64,000 nt of DNA from assembly GCA_965220395.1 (NCBI GenBank), contig CBDCPT010000004.1:404777-468776 (forward strand). The letters run 5' to 3'. The position numbers and the translations under genes were made by a program. This document shows, piece after piece, positions 1 through 8,683 of this stretch (positions are counted from its first letter, which is position 1; every line of letters begins with the position of its first letter). The stretch is from Arenicellales bacterium. GTDB lineage: Bacteria; Pseudomonadota; Gammaproteobacteria; Arenicellales; JAJDZL01. A model generated the notes under the pieces. It had not been told where the DNA came from, searched no databases, and saw only the letters and a list, made by a program, of their open reading frames with translations.

Positions 1-880
1 GATAAGCCCGTATCGAACGCAACGCTTCGTCAATGACCCGCCAGTGTGCCTCCGAGATCTTCACTGTCAATTGCCGAGCATGATGCACCACCTTTGCGCC
101 AACCGCATAAATGTGAAATCGTATTCTCGGTGCCCGTGCCGTGATCCACCGCGACGGCAACATCACACGCATCTGGCATAAAAGGTTATACGCCAACGCA
201 TTGAGTTTCAACCACACCGCATTGGCAGCGAAATCTCCACACGGCAAGTGGGCACCAGCAAAGTCGCTTCGAAGTTGCTTGATCTTGTTCTCGCTGGTCT
301 CGCCGCGAAGGTTATACCACTGCACGATCTCATGATCCGTCTTCTCATCGAAGTTGGTCGCAATCGCACGGTAAATGTGCTCCCCCTGGGTGGCACTGTT
401 ATCTTCCGCTTCAATCAACGTTTCCAGATTTACATTGTCGCCCTTGTGAATGCACTTTCTCTGAACCACCAAAGTGAACGCATCCGTGTTGCCCATCACA
501 TGCACCGTACGAGCCACCTGTTCGGTCTCCGATACCGTGCCATCGGCATACACCAACGTTTCCCACTGATCCGCCTTGATGCTGCTGATCGACTCTTTCA
601 AGGTCGTGTCCATCTTCGCACGAATCGCAAACCGCTTGCCCGTTTCCATCAGGTATTTGATGATACTCGCTTGGTAACCGGCAGCATCAATTCGAACCTT
701 GATCACCGAAACTCCGTGCGGCAACTCTTCCTCACACTGCCGGATGAATTCATAATTATCCTTGTTCGGCGGCTCATTGCCGTCCCGAAAATCAACCGAT
801 ACCACCTGTTCCGTCTCGGCAATATGTCCGACCATCGGAGTGTAGCCGGTGTGCTTTTTGTAGATCCACTTTGCAGCTCC
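1..880 (-). pseudogene. IS1380-family transposase, 5'-truncated, runs off the window start
   Basis: Manual minus-strand translation is open from ~880 to 1: AKWIYKKHTGYTPMVGHIAE..DFRDGN..VRIDAAGY..YRAIATN..WYNLRGETSENKIKQ..FAANAVWL..LAYNL, which are IS1380-type motifs. The N-terminal part is absent. It is not in the ORF track because there is no stop in the window. Confidence 0.8.
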
Positions 881-975
881 CGATTGCAAAAATGCGCGCA
901 CCACCGTAGAGGATGCCGATTACTCCCAGACCCACAGAAACAAATTTTTCTAGAGTGAACAAATCAATGAAGAAA

Positions 976-1011
976 AGACGATACCATAATTAGACGATAC
1001 CATAATTAGAC
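976..1011 (+). repeat. 16-bp tandem duplication AGACGATACCATAATT x2 (+AGAC) at the IS110 left junction
   Basis: Exact copies at 976-991 and 992-1007. Confidence 0.9.
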
Positions 1012-1098
1012 ATCATGGATTGACCTGCCCTGACTCACAACGCATAGGATATGCTTTGGGATCAGTAAATCAAACAAGCCCTTGGAGGAGGACAGGTC

Positions 1099-2235
1099 AT
1101 GGAAAAGTATAGTGCATATGTAGGTCTTGATGTACACAAGGAGACGATTGCGGTCGGCATTGCGCGTGCGGGACGCAGTCAACCGCTGTATTATGGCGAG
1201 ATTCGCAACGATCCAGCTGCAGTGGTTCGATTGGTGCGGCAGCTGCGCCGGGAAATGGGCGCTTTGACATGGTGTTACGAAGCGGGTCCGTGCGGTTACG
1301 CAGTGTATCGTCAGCTGACGGCGTTGGGCGAGCCCTGCGAGGTGGTGGCGCCGGGGTTGATATTGCGCAAGCCCGGTGAGCGAATCAAGAACGACACTCG
1401 GGATGCTTTGATGCTGGCGCGGCAACATCGCAGCGGCGATCTGTCGGCGGTGTGGGTGCCGGACGAACACCAGGAGGCGATGCGTGACCTGAGTCGTGCG
1501 CGTGAAGACATGAAAGCAATCGAGTTGAAGAGTCGGCAGCGCTTGGGCGCCTTTTTGCTGCGTTACGACCGAGTTTACCGGGAAGGTCGAAGTCGCTGGA
1601 CGCAACAGCATTTTCGCTGGCTGGAGCGGCAGCGGTTTGAACTGGAAATTCATCAGCGCGTATTTCAGGAATATGTCGACGCGGTCATCGATGCACAGCG
1701 TCGGGTGGCGGCTTTGGAGTCTGAAATGCGGGTGGCTTTGGAGAACTGGCCGTTGCGTGCGGTGGCCGAAGGTCTAATGTCGCTTCGGGGCGTGGGGATG
1801 ATCACGGCCGTGACCGTGCTGGCGGAGTTGGGAGATATCAGCCGTTTTGATAATGCCCGGCAGCTGATGTGTTTTGTGGGACTGGTTCCCGGGGAGCGTT
1901 CTTCGGGTTCCAAGCGTCGTCAGACCGGCATCACGAAAACCGGCAATGCGCATGTCCGGCGGGTGTTGGTGGAAGCCGCTTGGAGTTATCGCTTCCCGGC
2001 TCGCAAAACCGCGGTGCTGCAGCGCCGCGCGGAACGCGCTTCGCCAGCTGTACAGGCCATCGCCTGGAAGGCGCAGAAACGGCTGTGCAGCCGTTATCGA
2101 CACTTGAACCTTGGTGGCAAGGAAAAATGCAAAGTGACCACGGCCGTAGCCCGTGAACTGGTAGGCTTTGTGTGGGCGATCGCCCGTGAAGTCATGCCTG
2201 CGACACCGCCACAACATGCTCAGGTCAGCACCTGA
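1099..2235 (+). CDS. IS110-family DEDD recombinase/transposase
   Basis: YVGLDVHK, CYEAGPCG and KNDTRDA (DEDD); GLVPGERSSG serine motif; GITKTGN; RBS GGAGGAGG upstream. Confidence 0.95.
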   Translation: MEKYSAYVGLDVHKETIAVGIARAGRSQPLYYGEIRNDPAAVVRLVRQLRREMGALTWCYEAGPCGYAVYRQLTALGEPCEVVAPGLILRKPGERIKNDTRDALMLARQHRSGDLSAVWVPDEHQEAMRDLSRAREDMKAIELKSRQRLGAFLLRYDRVYREGRSRWTQQHFRWLERQRFELEIHQRVFQEYVDAVIDAQRRVAALESEMRVALENWPLRAVAEGLMSLRGVGMITAVTVLAELGDISRFDNARQLMCFVGLVPGERSSGSKRRQTGITKTGNAHVRRVLVEAAWSYRFPARKTAVLQRRAERASPAVQAIAWKAQKRLCSRYRHLNLGGKEKCKVTTAVARELVGFVWAIAREVMPATPPQHAQVST

Positions 2236-2254
2236 TCCGTTACACCCATGGTTT

Positions 2255-2460
2255 CCAAACACGAAATGCAGAAGGTCAGCGGCCGGTCCGGAGAACCCTC
2301 GAGCAATTCTAGAGGGCTCGACCCATTGGGTCGAGCAAACCGCGTAATTAGAGTGAGGCAGCTCCACGACGAAGTGAAGTCAGGCGGTAACCAACCCGCG
2401 GATATCAGTAGGATCCACCGTCGTCATAAGCCGCTGCCTTCTGCTTTCGTGTTCTGGATC
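2255..2460 (+). ncRNA. Putative bridge RNA / seekRNA of the IS110 element (ends approximate)
   Basis: Outer stem 2258-2283 pairs with 2430-2453; inner perfect hairpin 2316-2336; AGCAATTCTA (2302-2311) and TAATTAGA (2345-2352) match the two strands of the reconstructed target; ATATCAG (2402-2408) matches the right end (2506-2512). Confidence 0.8.
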
Positions 2461-2490
2461 AGGAAATGCTGTTTACAATGATAAATAAAT

Positions 2491-2513
2491 TTGACAAGTC
2501 AATCCATATCAGA
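2491..2513 (+). promoter_or_regulatory. Outward -35 box (TTGACA) forming a junction promoter on circularisation
   Basis: TTGACA (2491-2496), then exactly 17 nt to the end of the AGA core, then the left-end CATCAT (1011-1016) as -10 in the predicted circle. Confidence 0.65.
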
Positions 2514-2518
2514 ATTGC

Positions 2519-2565
2519 TGGTTGTGGTAATCGTAACAATTCGTCAAAAGGGATATTGTTGATAG
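2519..2565 (+). repeat. 47-bp direct repeat, copy 1 (copy 2 at 12580-12626)
   Basis: TGGTTGTGGTAATCGTAACAATTCGTCAAAA...TTGTTGATAG; 2 mismatches between copies. Confidence 0.85.
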
Positions 2566-3088
2566 TGCAAAATCGCATGAGGGCGCAATGATGACAACTC
2601 AGTGGGGATTTCTTGTGATTCGCCGATTGAAATCAATTTGGAAACAATGAGGCAAAATTTTGAATTGCCGCTAACGCTGATGGAACACTATAATTTGAAA
2701 CACAAAATCTCGAACTCGCTACTTGATTAGTTTCACTTGTAGTGAACCAGCACTGATAAATTTACCAGAATAAATCACAATTGATATGTGCCATGAACAA
2801 CTGCCTTTGAGAATTTTGAAGGATCGTTCTACGGCCTGTATCATCGCCACTGGCAGGTGCGGTGGAAATTCGGAGTTTTCATTCGAAAACCATCAGATTC
2901 CTTGTTTTCGGGCAATATTGTGGGGTAAGTAAATATCAGGCCTTCAATTTCGCGAGTGGTACCAACAGTTTTTCAAGATCAAAAATGCCTCCTATTTGCG
3001 TGATTAGTTCAGCGTTACGCCGCTCCAAGCGGCGGGAATAATCTCAAAGATCAGCTGGCATTGAACGAAATTTGAAATTGGCATACAG

Positions 3089-4018
3089 ATGACGATCCAG
3101 CTATCAGACATCGATATTCGGCAACTGAAGATATTTCGTGCTGTGGTCGAAAGCAATGGATTTACCAACGCCGAGGTAATTCTGAATATCAGCCAATCCA
3201 CGATCAGCCACCAGATGAGTAATTTGGAAGCCCGTTTAGGAATTAATTTGTGTGAGCGCGGCCGCGCGGGTTTCAGGCTGACTGAAAAAGGCAGGATGGT
3301 GTACGAGGAAACATTGCAGTTGTTCAAGGCTCACGAAAGGTTTCAATATGCCACGGGCGAGTTGAAAGGCAAATTGAGCGGCTACCTGAATATCGTATTG
3401 ATTGACAGTGTGGTAACGGACCCGGAATGCCCGATTGTCTCAGCATTGAACAAATTCAACAATCGCGATCATAACGTCACGATTTCCCTTGAGACCGCGT
3501 TGCCGGGAGATATTGAGCGCTTGCTTCTCGATTCTGCTACAGACATAGCGATCGGAACATTCGAGAGAAAACTCCCCGGATTGACCTATAGAAAGATCTA
3601 TTTGGAAACCAACAATCTGATGTGCGGTTCCGGTCACCCTATTGCACAGTTGAACGATTCGGCTCAAATTAAACTCGCCATCAAGAAGTCTCGCAAGGTA
3701 ACGCGAGGCTACCTGAATAACGAAGACATCAGCATGCTGGATCACGACCCGGAGATTGCCATTGGTGTTGCCCAATCTCTGGAGGCCCAGGCAATACTTA
3801 TCCTGAGTGGCAGCCATATAGGGTTTCTGCCAATTCACTACACGCTCGAATGGGTCAAACAAAAAGGGATGCAGGCAATTGTTCCCGATGAGATTACCTA
3901 CAAATCTCCATTCTACGTTGTGACTCGTAATTCGCCCAGAAAATCCAGGATTATCGACGCATTCACGGCCGATCTCGATTCCGCTATTGCCGAACGGACA
4001 GGGCAAAAATCGTTTTAA
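3089..4018 (+). CDS. LysR-family transcriptional regulator
   Basis: N-terminal HTH (IRQLKIFRAVVE..FTNAEVILNISQSTISHQMSNLEARLG..LTEKG); 309 aa. Confidence 0.93.
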   Translation: MTIQLSDIDIRQLKIFRAVVESNGFTNAEVILNISQSTISHQMSNLEARLGINLCERGRAGFRLTEKGRMVYEETLQLFKAHERFQYATGELKGKLSGYLNIVLIDSVVTDPECPIVSALNKFNNRDHNVTISLETALPGDIERLLLDSATDIAIGTFERKLPGLTYRKIYLETNNLMCGSGHPIAQLNDSAQIKLAIKKSRKVTRGYLNNEDISMLDHDPEIAIGVAQSLEAQAILILSGSHIGFLPIHYTLEWVKQKGMQAIVPDEITYKSPFYVVTRNSPRKSRIIDAFTADLDSAIAERTGQKSF

Positions 4019-4260
4019 CCTTGTGCTGACCGCAGGGCTGTCACCTGGCAGGATCCTTGTCGGAATAATTTGGCTGCAGTGCTCAGACCACTGCCCCCGG
4101 AATCATGCCAATTTCTAACGTATTCCATCAAAAAGCGTGCTTTCGTGTTCACGAAATCCAACCGTCAATTTTCCCATGTTAGCATGGAATATCGGATATG
4201 TATTAGCGTGAACTGATTTGCTACCATGTTAAACGAGTTCAAAATAACGCTTGAACACAA

Positions 4261-5133
4261 TTGGTTAGAATTGTGGAAAATACATTGTCAACTGAACACG
4301 CGGCCAATGGCTCAACGAGTGCCGAGAAGATGAAAAGGAAGCCAGCCCTTAATTTGCTGTCGCCGGTCAGTCCGCGACAGGCCATCATACTCGGGATCAT
4401 CGGTGGTATTGTATTTTTCCTGATTTGGGAAATCGGCCACTATATGACTCCGGAGGAAAGCAAGCGATTTCTTCCATCTCCCCAGCACGTTCTGTCCACA
4501 CTGTATACACTTCTGACCGAAAAGGGATTTCTGTCGGATATTGGAATCAGTCTGTTCCGAATCATCGGTAGTTTTACGGCAGTTTGCCTTGTTGCTGTTC
4601 CCCTTGGGATTTTCATGGGGTGTTTCGACAACATGCGTGCGCTAATCAATCCCGTTGTCTCCGGTGCCCGGTATCTCCCGGCTGCTTCATTCATCCCCTT
4701 ATTGCTTGTCTGGTTCGGGCCGACCGACACACAGAAGATGGCGCTTCTTTTTCTGGGCGTAGTATTTTTTCTGGTCGCCTTGATTCTAGACAATACCAGG
4801 GCTGTGCAGAAAGAACTGATTGAAGCTGCATTAACAATGGGAGCATCCAGGAAACAAATTGTTTTTGGTGTCGTTGCCCGTGCGGCAACCCCTGCTATTT
4901 TGGATTCCATGCGTAACATGATTGCAGTGGGCTGGACCTACCTGGTCATTGCCGAAATCGTGGCAGCGCAGGACGGGATAGGTGCGGTAATGATGAGGGC
5001 AGGCCGATTTTTAAAGGCAGACGTGATCATGGCCGGCATATTGACAATCGGCTTTCTCGGTGTGATGACAGACATTGCGTTTCGTTTAATTTCACACTAT
5101 GCCGTTCCTTGGAATCGAAAACGGTCCAACTAG
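4261..5133 (+). CDS. ABC transporter permease, nitrate/sulfonate/taurine family (start may be ATG 4330)
   Basis: Hydrophobic; LPSP motif; EAA loop ELIEAALTMGAS; WTYLVIAE..GIG. Confidence 0.9.
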   Translation: MVRIVENTLSTEHAANGSTSAEKMKRKPALNLLSPVSPRQAIILGIIGGIVFFLIWEIGHYMTPEESKRFLPSPQHVLSTLYTLLTEKGFLSDIGISLFRIIGSFTAVCLVAVPLGIFMGCFDNMRALINPVVSGARYLPAASFIPLLLVWFGPTDTQKMALLFLGVVFFLVALILDNTRAVQKELIEAALTMGASRKQIVFGVVARAATPAILDSMRNMIAVGWTYLVIAEIVAAQDGIGAVMMRAGRFLKADVIMAGILTIGFLGVMTDIAFRLISHYAVPWNRKRSN

Positions 5134-5145
5134 CTGAGAAATCAC

Positions 5146-5961
5146 ATGAACGCCGGCACTCAAACCCATTCCCATTCATCCCAGAGCGCCGTAATACGTT
5201 CGGTTGATGCGACCCGGCGGTATCTGGGTGGAATGTTCACTGCCATAGAGCATGTTTCCTTAGATTTTATGAAAAGTCAGGTGACCGCGCTCGTGGGCCC
5301 ATCCGGCTGCGGGAAGACCACTGTGCTGCGGCTTATCTCGGGACTTGAGGAGCCAACGGAGGGTCAGATTTTTGCCGGAGGTAAACTCATCGAAGGACCA
5401 GGGCCGGACAGAGGAATGATCTTTCAGGCCTACACTTCCTTTCCGTGGCTTACTGCGCTGGGTAATGTCGAATATGGAATGAACATCCTGAAAGTTCCAA
5501 AAGACGAGGCGCGAGAGCGGGCAATGCAGTGGCTTGAGACTCTTCATCTCGCTAATTTTGCTGACGCTTATCCTGCGGAGTTGTCGGGGGGCATGAAACA
5601 GCGCGTCGCGATTGCCAGAACTCTGGCCCAGAACCCTGCGGTTTTATTGATGGACGAACCCTTTGGGGCGCTGGACGCACAAGTTCGGTGGGAAATGCAG
5701 GAAATGATGATTGAGATACTGTCCAGAGAGGACAAGACGGTGATTCTAGTCACCCACGACATACAGGAAGCAATCTATCTTGCAGACAGAATCGTATTTT
5801 TTAGCAGCAATCCCGGTCGGGTTAAACACGACATTGTTCTTGAGTTTAAAAATGGACACAGATTCGCTCGCAAGGAAGAGATGCTCAAACAGCGCGACTA
5901 TGCAGATGTCGAGGCACAGTTGTTTGTCTGGATGAGAGAGGAAATTCAAAAGACTGGATAA
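5146..5961 (+). CDS. ABC transporter ATP-binding protein, TauB/SsuB-like
   Basis: Walker A GPSGCGKT, LSGGMKQR, LLMDEPFGALD, VTHD. Confidence 0.95.
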   Translation: MNAGTQTHSHSSQSAVIRSVDATRRYLGGMFTAIEHVSLDFMKSQVTALVGPSGCGKTTVLRLISGLEEPTEGQIFAGGKLIEGPGPDRGMIFQAYTSFPWLTALGNVEYGMNILKVPKDEARERAMQWLETLHLANFADAYPAELSGGMKQRVAIARTLAQNPAVLLMDEPFGALDAQVRWEMQEMMIEILSREDKTVILVTHDIQEAIYLADRIVFFSSNPGRVKHDIVLEFKNGHRFARKEEMLKQRDYADVEAQLFVWMREEIQKTG

Positions 5962-6010
5962 AGAACGTCGATTCGTGTGAAGATTAAAAATTACATATCA
6001 AAAATATGAG

Positions 6011-7168
6011 GTGAAAAAAATGAAAAAAATGAAAGCGATTTTCAGGCTGACAGGCTGCGCCGGAGCTGCATTAATGATGTTATTGATGTCCCAAGTTGCA
6101 AATGCAAGGGAGAACGTCGTTGTATCGATCATATCGGTATCGGTCTACGGTGCCTGGTATATCGTTAATGAAAAGGGGTTTGCAGACAATATTGATGTCG
6201 ATGTACAGATTATTGAAGACCTTACCGCGCGAAATGCGGGCATTTCCAGCGGCGATATCCAGTGCATTATGACGACCATGGACTCGACTGTGGTAACCGC
6301 GGCTGCCGGTGTTCCGGTTAGGCACGTTGCCGTGCCCTTGATGTCATACGGACTTGATCAAATGATTGCGGTCGCTGATTTGAAGTCGGACGCTGATTTG
6401 AAGGGCCGGTCCTATGCGGCTGACTATGGGTTTCTTAACCATATGTGGATGCTGCTGACCTTAAAACGCGCCGGGCTGGCTTACGACGACGCGACGCACA
6501 ATATCATGCTGCCCCAGGATGCTGCGGCAGCCTTCGTCAGTGGCAATCTTGACGTGGATGTGAATTTTGTGCCGTTCACTGAACAGTCACTGCAGCTCGC
6601 GGGCTCCCACGTCCTTAAGACAAGTTTGACTGACAAAACCTGGGAACGCGGCTTGATATCTGATTCGATTGCCTGCAACAATAAATTCTTGGACGAATCT
6701 CCAGAGGTTGCCCAGGAATTGATTCGTGCATGGTTCCAGGCGGTGGACTGGTGGAAACAAAACCCCGCCGAAGGAAATGCGATTGTCGCCAAAGGGCTCG
6801 ATTGGCCGGAAGCCGATGTCCGGCTGACTCAGGCGGGCGCGGTGATGCTCAACTTGAACCAGAACCTTGGCGCCCTGGGAATAGGAGACGGGCAGCCGGT
6901 TTGCAACAATCTTCCCGAAGGTGTGCCTCAGCCGCCTGAAGAAGACAGTGGCTGGGGTGCTCTTGTTGGGAGCGACAGCGATTGTGAAGCCGGGTATCTG
7001 GGTGCAACTTGGGATTTGTTCAATGAAGTCTACAAGGACGCCAATGTGATCGATAGCACGATTTCTGCTGAAGACGGCATTGACAACACAATCATTGACG
7101 CACTGTACGCGGCTGGCGCTCACGAGGAGATGAGTTCCAATCTCTGGATTGGGCGTCTAGAACCCTAA
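6011..7168 (+). CDS. ABC transporter substrate-binding protein, NMT1/SsuA-like
   Basis: Signal peptide, SYG.D motif, DLKG motif, operon context. Confidence 0.85.
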   Translation: MKKMKKMKAIFRLTGCAGAALMMLLMSQVANARENVVVSIISVSVYGAWYIVNEKGFADNIDVDVQIIEDLTARNAGISSGDIQCIMTTMDSTVVTAAAGVPVRHVAVPLMSYGLDQMIAVADLKSDADLKGRSYAADYGFLNHMWMLLTLKRAGLAYDDATHNIMLPQDAAAAFVSGNLDVDVNFVPFTEQSLQLAGSHVLKTSLTDKTWERGLISDSIACNNKFLDESPEVAQELIRAWFQAVDWWKQNPAEGNAIVAKGLDWPEADVRLTQAGAVMLNLNQNLGALGIGDGQPVCNNLPEGVPQPPEEDSGWGALVGSDSDCEAGYLGATWDLFNEVYKDANVIDSTISAEDGIDNTIIDALYAAGAHEEMSSNLWIGRLEP

Positions 7169-7186
7169 GCATTGGGAATGCCGGAT

Positions 7187-7248
7187 GGGTCGGAAGACCG
7201 TTGAGTACCGATCTTGATTCGCCTCGACACCCGAGTGACTTTCGACCC
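7187..7248 (+). other. Intergenic stem-loop after the SBP gene
   Basis: GGGTCGGAAG (7187-7196) pairs with CTTTCGACCC (7239-7248); no U-tract, so possibly an mRNA stabiliser. Confidence 0.35.
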
Positions 7249-7304
7249 GGTCCCGGTGAACAATAGTGAGAATGACAAAATCAATTTGATGGTAAAGTAA
7301 GGCA

Positions 7305-8189
7305 ATGCAATCACATTTCGAATACTTAAGGCCGAGTTCGACTAAAGAAGCGGTACAGATGAAGATCGAATTCGGTCAGCGGGCAAAGTATTGGGCTGGC
7401 GGCACAGATATGACGCTTCGCTGGCGCCGTGAGATCGACAGATTTTCGCACTGCATCGACATCACGTACCTGACAGGGCTTGATGATATTGAAGTCGAGG
7501 AAGACTGCATACGAATCGGGGCACTGGTTTCCTTGTCAGCACTGGAACGGGCAGACAAAAGGCATCATCTTCTCAAGACGTTGAGCGATGTCACCAAGCT
7601 GATGTGTACGCCACAGACTCGAACGTTGGCTACAGTGGGAGGAAATTTGAGCAACGCGTCTCCGGCCGCGGATTTAACTCCACCGTTCATTGCCATGGAT
7701 GCCCTGGCAGAAATTACGACCGAGGATGGCATTCGAACAGTTCCGATGGATCAATTTTTTGAAAGCGTCAACAGGACTGTCGTCGGGGATGATCTTTTGA
7801 GCGCGATTAAAATTCCGCTGCCTGAAAGTCAGCATAAAGTTGCTAAATATCATCGGATTGATCGAACTATTGTAGATATTGCGCTGGTTAATACGTCGAC
7901 ATCACTATCGGCAGATCGCTCGAAAACAATCACGCGGGTTGGGGTGGCGTTAGGCGCGGTCGCACCGATTGTCATTCGGTCCCCGGCGGCAGAACGATTA
8001 TTGGAAGGTAAGTCTATTGATTTGGTATCGGCAAGCGATCTCGAGAAAGTTGGAGAAATTGCCTCGGAAGACGCGAAACCGATTTCGGACGTGCGCGCCA
8101 GCGCGGACTACAGGCGAGCCATGATCAAAGTCATGACGGCCAGGTGCATTAAGGATTGCATTGAAGAATTGGGAGGTACGATTTCATGA
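7305..8189 (+). CDS. Xanthine dehydrogenase family FAD-binding (medium) subunit
   Basis: AGGTD, ATVGGN, ASPAAD, PISDVRASADYR. Confidence 0.93.
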   Translation: MQSHFEYLRPSSTKEAVQMKIEFGQRAKYWAGGTDMTLRWRREIDRFSHCIDITYLTGLDDIEVEEDCIRIGALVSLSALERADKRHHLLKTLSDVTKLMCTPQTRTLATVGGNLSNASPAADLTPPFIAMDALAEITTEDGIRTVPMDQFFESVNRTVVGDDLLSAIKIPLPESQHKVAKYHRIDRTIVDIALVNTSTSLSADRSKTITRVGVALGAVAPIVIRSPAAERLLEGKSIDLVSASDLEKVGEIASEDAKPISDVRASADYRRAMIKVMTARCIKDCIEELGGTIS

Positions 8190-8662
8190 GAATAAGACTG
8201 AATGTCAATGGCAATGCAATTGAATTGGAAAGCGCTGCAGACCGTACGCTTGCAGACGTGTTGCGCGATGACCTGGGGCTGATCGGAGTGCGGGTTTCGT
8301 GTTCCGAAGGCGAATGCGGGTCTTGTACCATTTTGGCCGACGGGTTGCCCATGACATCGTGCATGATGCTGGCGAACCAGGGGGAGGGCAAGGAAATCCT
8401 GACGATTGAAGGGTTGGGAACTCCGGAAGACTTACACCCCATCCAGGTGGCATTTATCGAAGAGCAGGGGTTTCAATGTGCGTTTTGCACCCCTGGATTT
8501 ATTTTGAGCGCCAAGGCGTTCTTGGAAGAAAACCCGAATCCGACCGAAGATGAAGTTGCATTCGCAATGAGTGGAAACATCTGTCGTTGCGGTGCGTATC
8601 CGTATATTGTCAAGTCGGTACTGACTGCTGCGGAGAAGCTTCAGGCGGGGTCATCAAGATAA
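8186..8662 (+). CDS. Xanthine dehydrogenase family [2Fe-2S] (small) subunit
   Basis: CSEGECGSCT, QCAFCTPG, GNICRCGAY; ATGA overlap with the medium subunit. Confidence 0.95.
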   Translation: MRIRLNVNGNAIELESAADRTLADVLRDDLGLIGVRVSCSEGECGSCTILADGLPMTSCMMLANQGEGKEILTIEGLGTPEDLHPIQVAFIEEQGFQCAFCTPGFILSAKAFLEENPNPTEDEVAFAMSGNICRCGAYPYIVKSVLTAAEKLQAGSSR

Positions 8663-8683
8663 CGACAAATTAGTGAGGACGAG

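Larger units (their letters stand above)
1008..2513 (+). mobile_element. Complete IS110-family element, IS1111-type architecture
   Basis: Sub-terminal inverted repeats ATGGATTGAC (1015-1024) and GTCAATCCAT (2498-2507); AGA core at both junctions (1008-1010, 2511-2513); short left end, long 3' non-coding region; no classical TSD. Confidence 0.88.
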
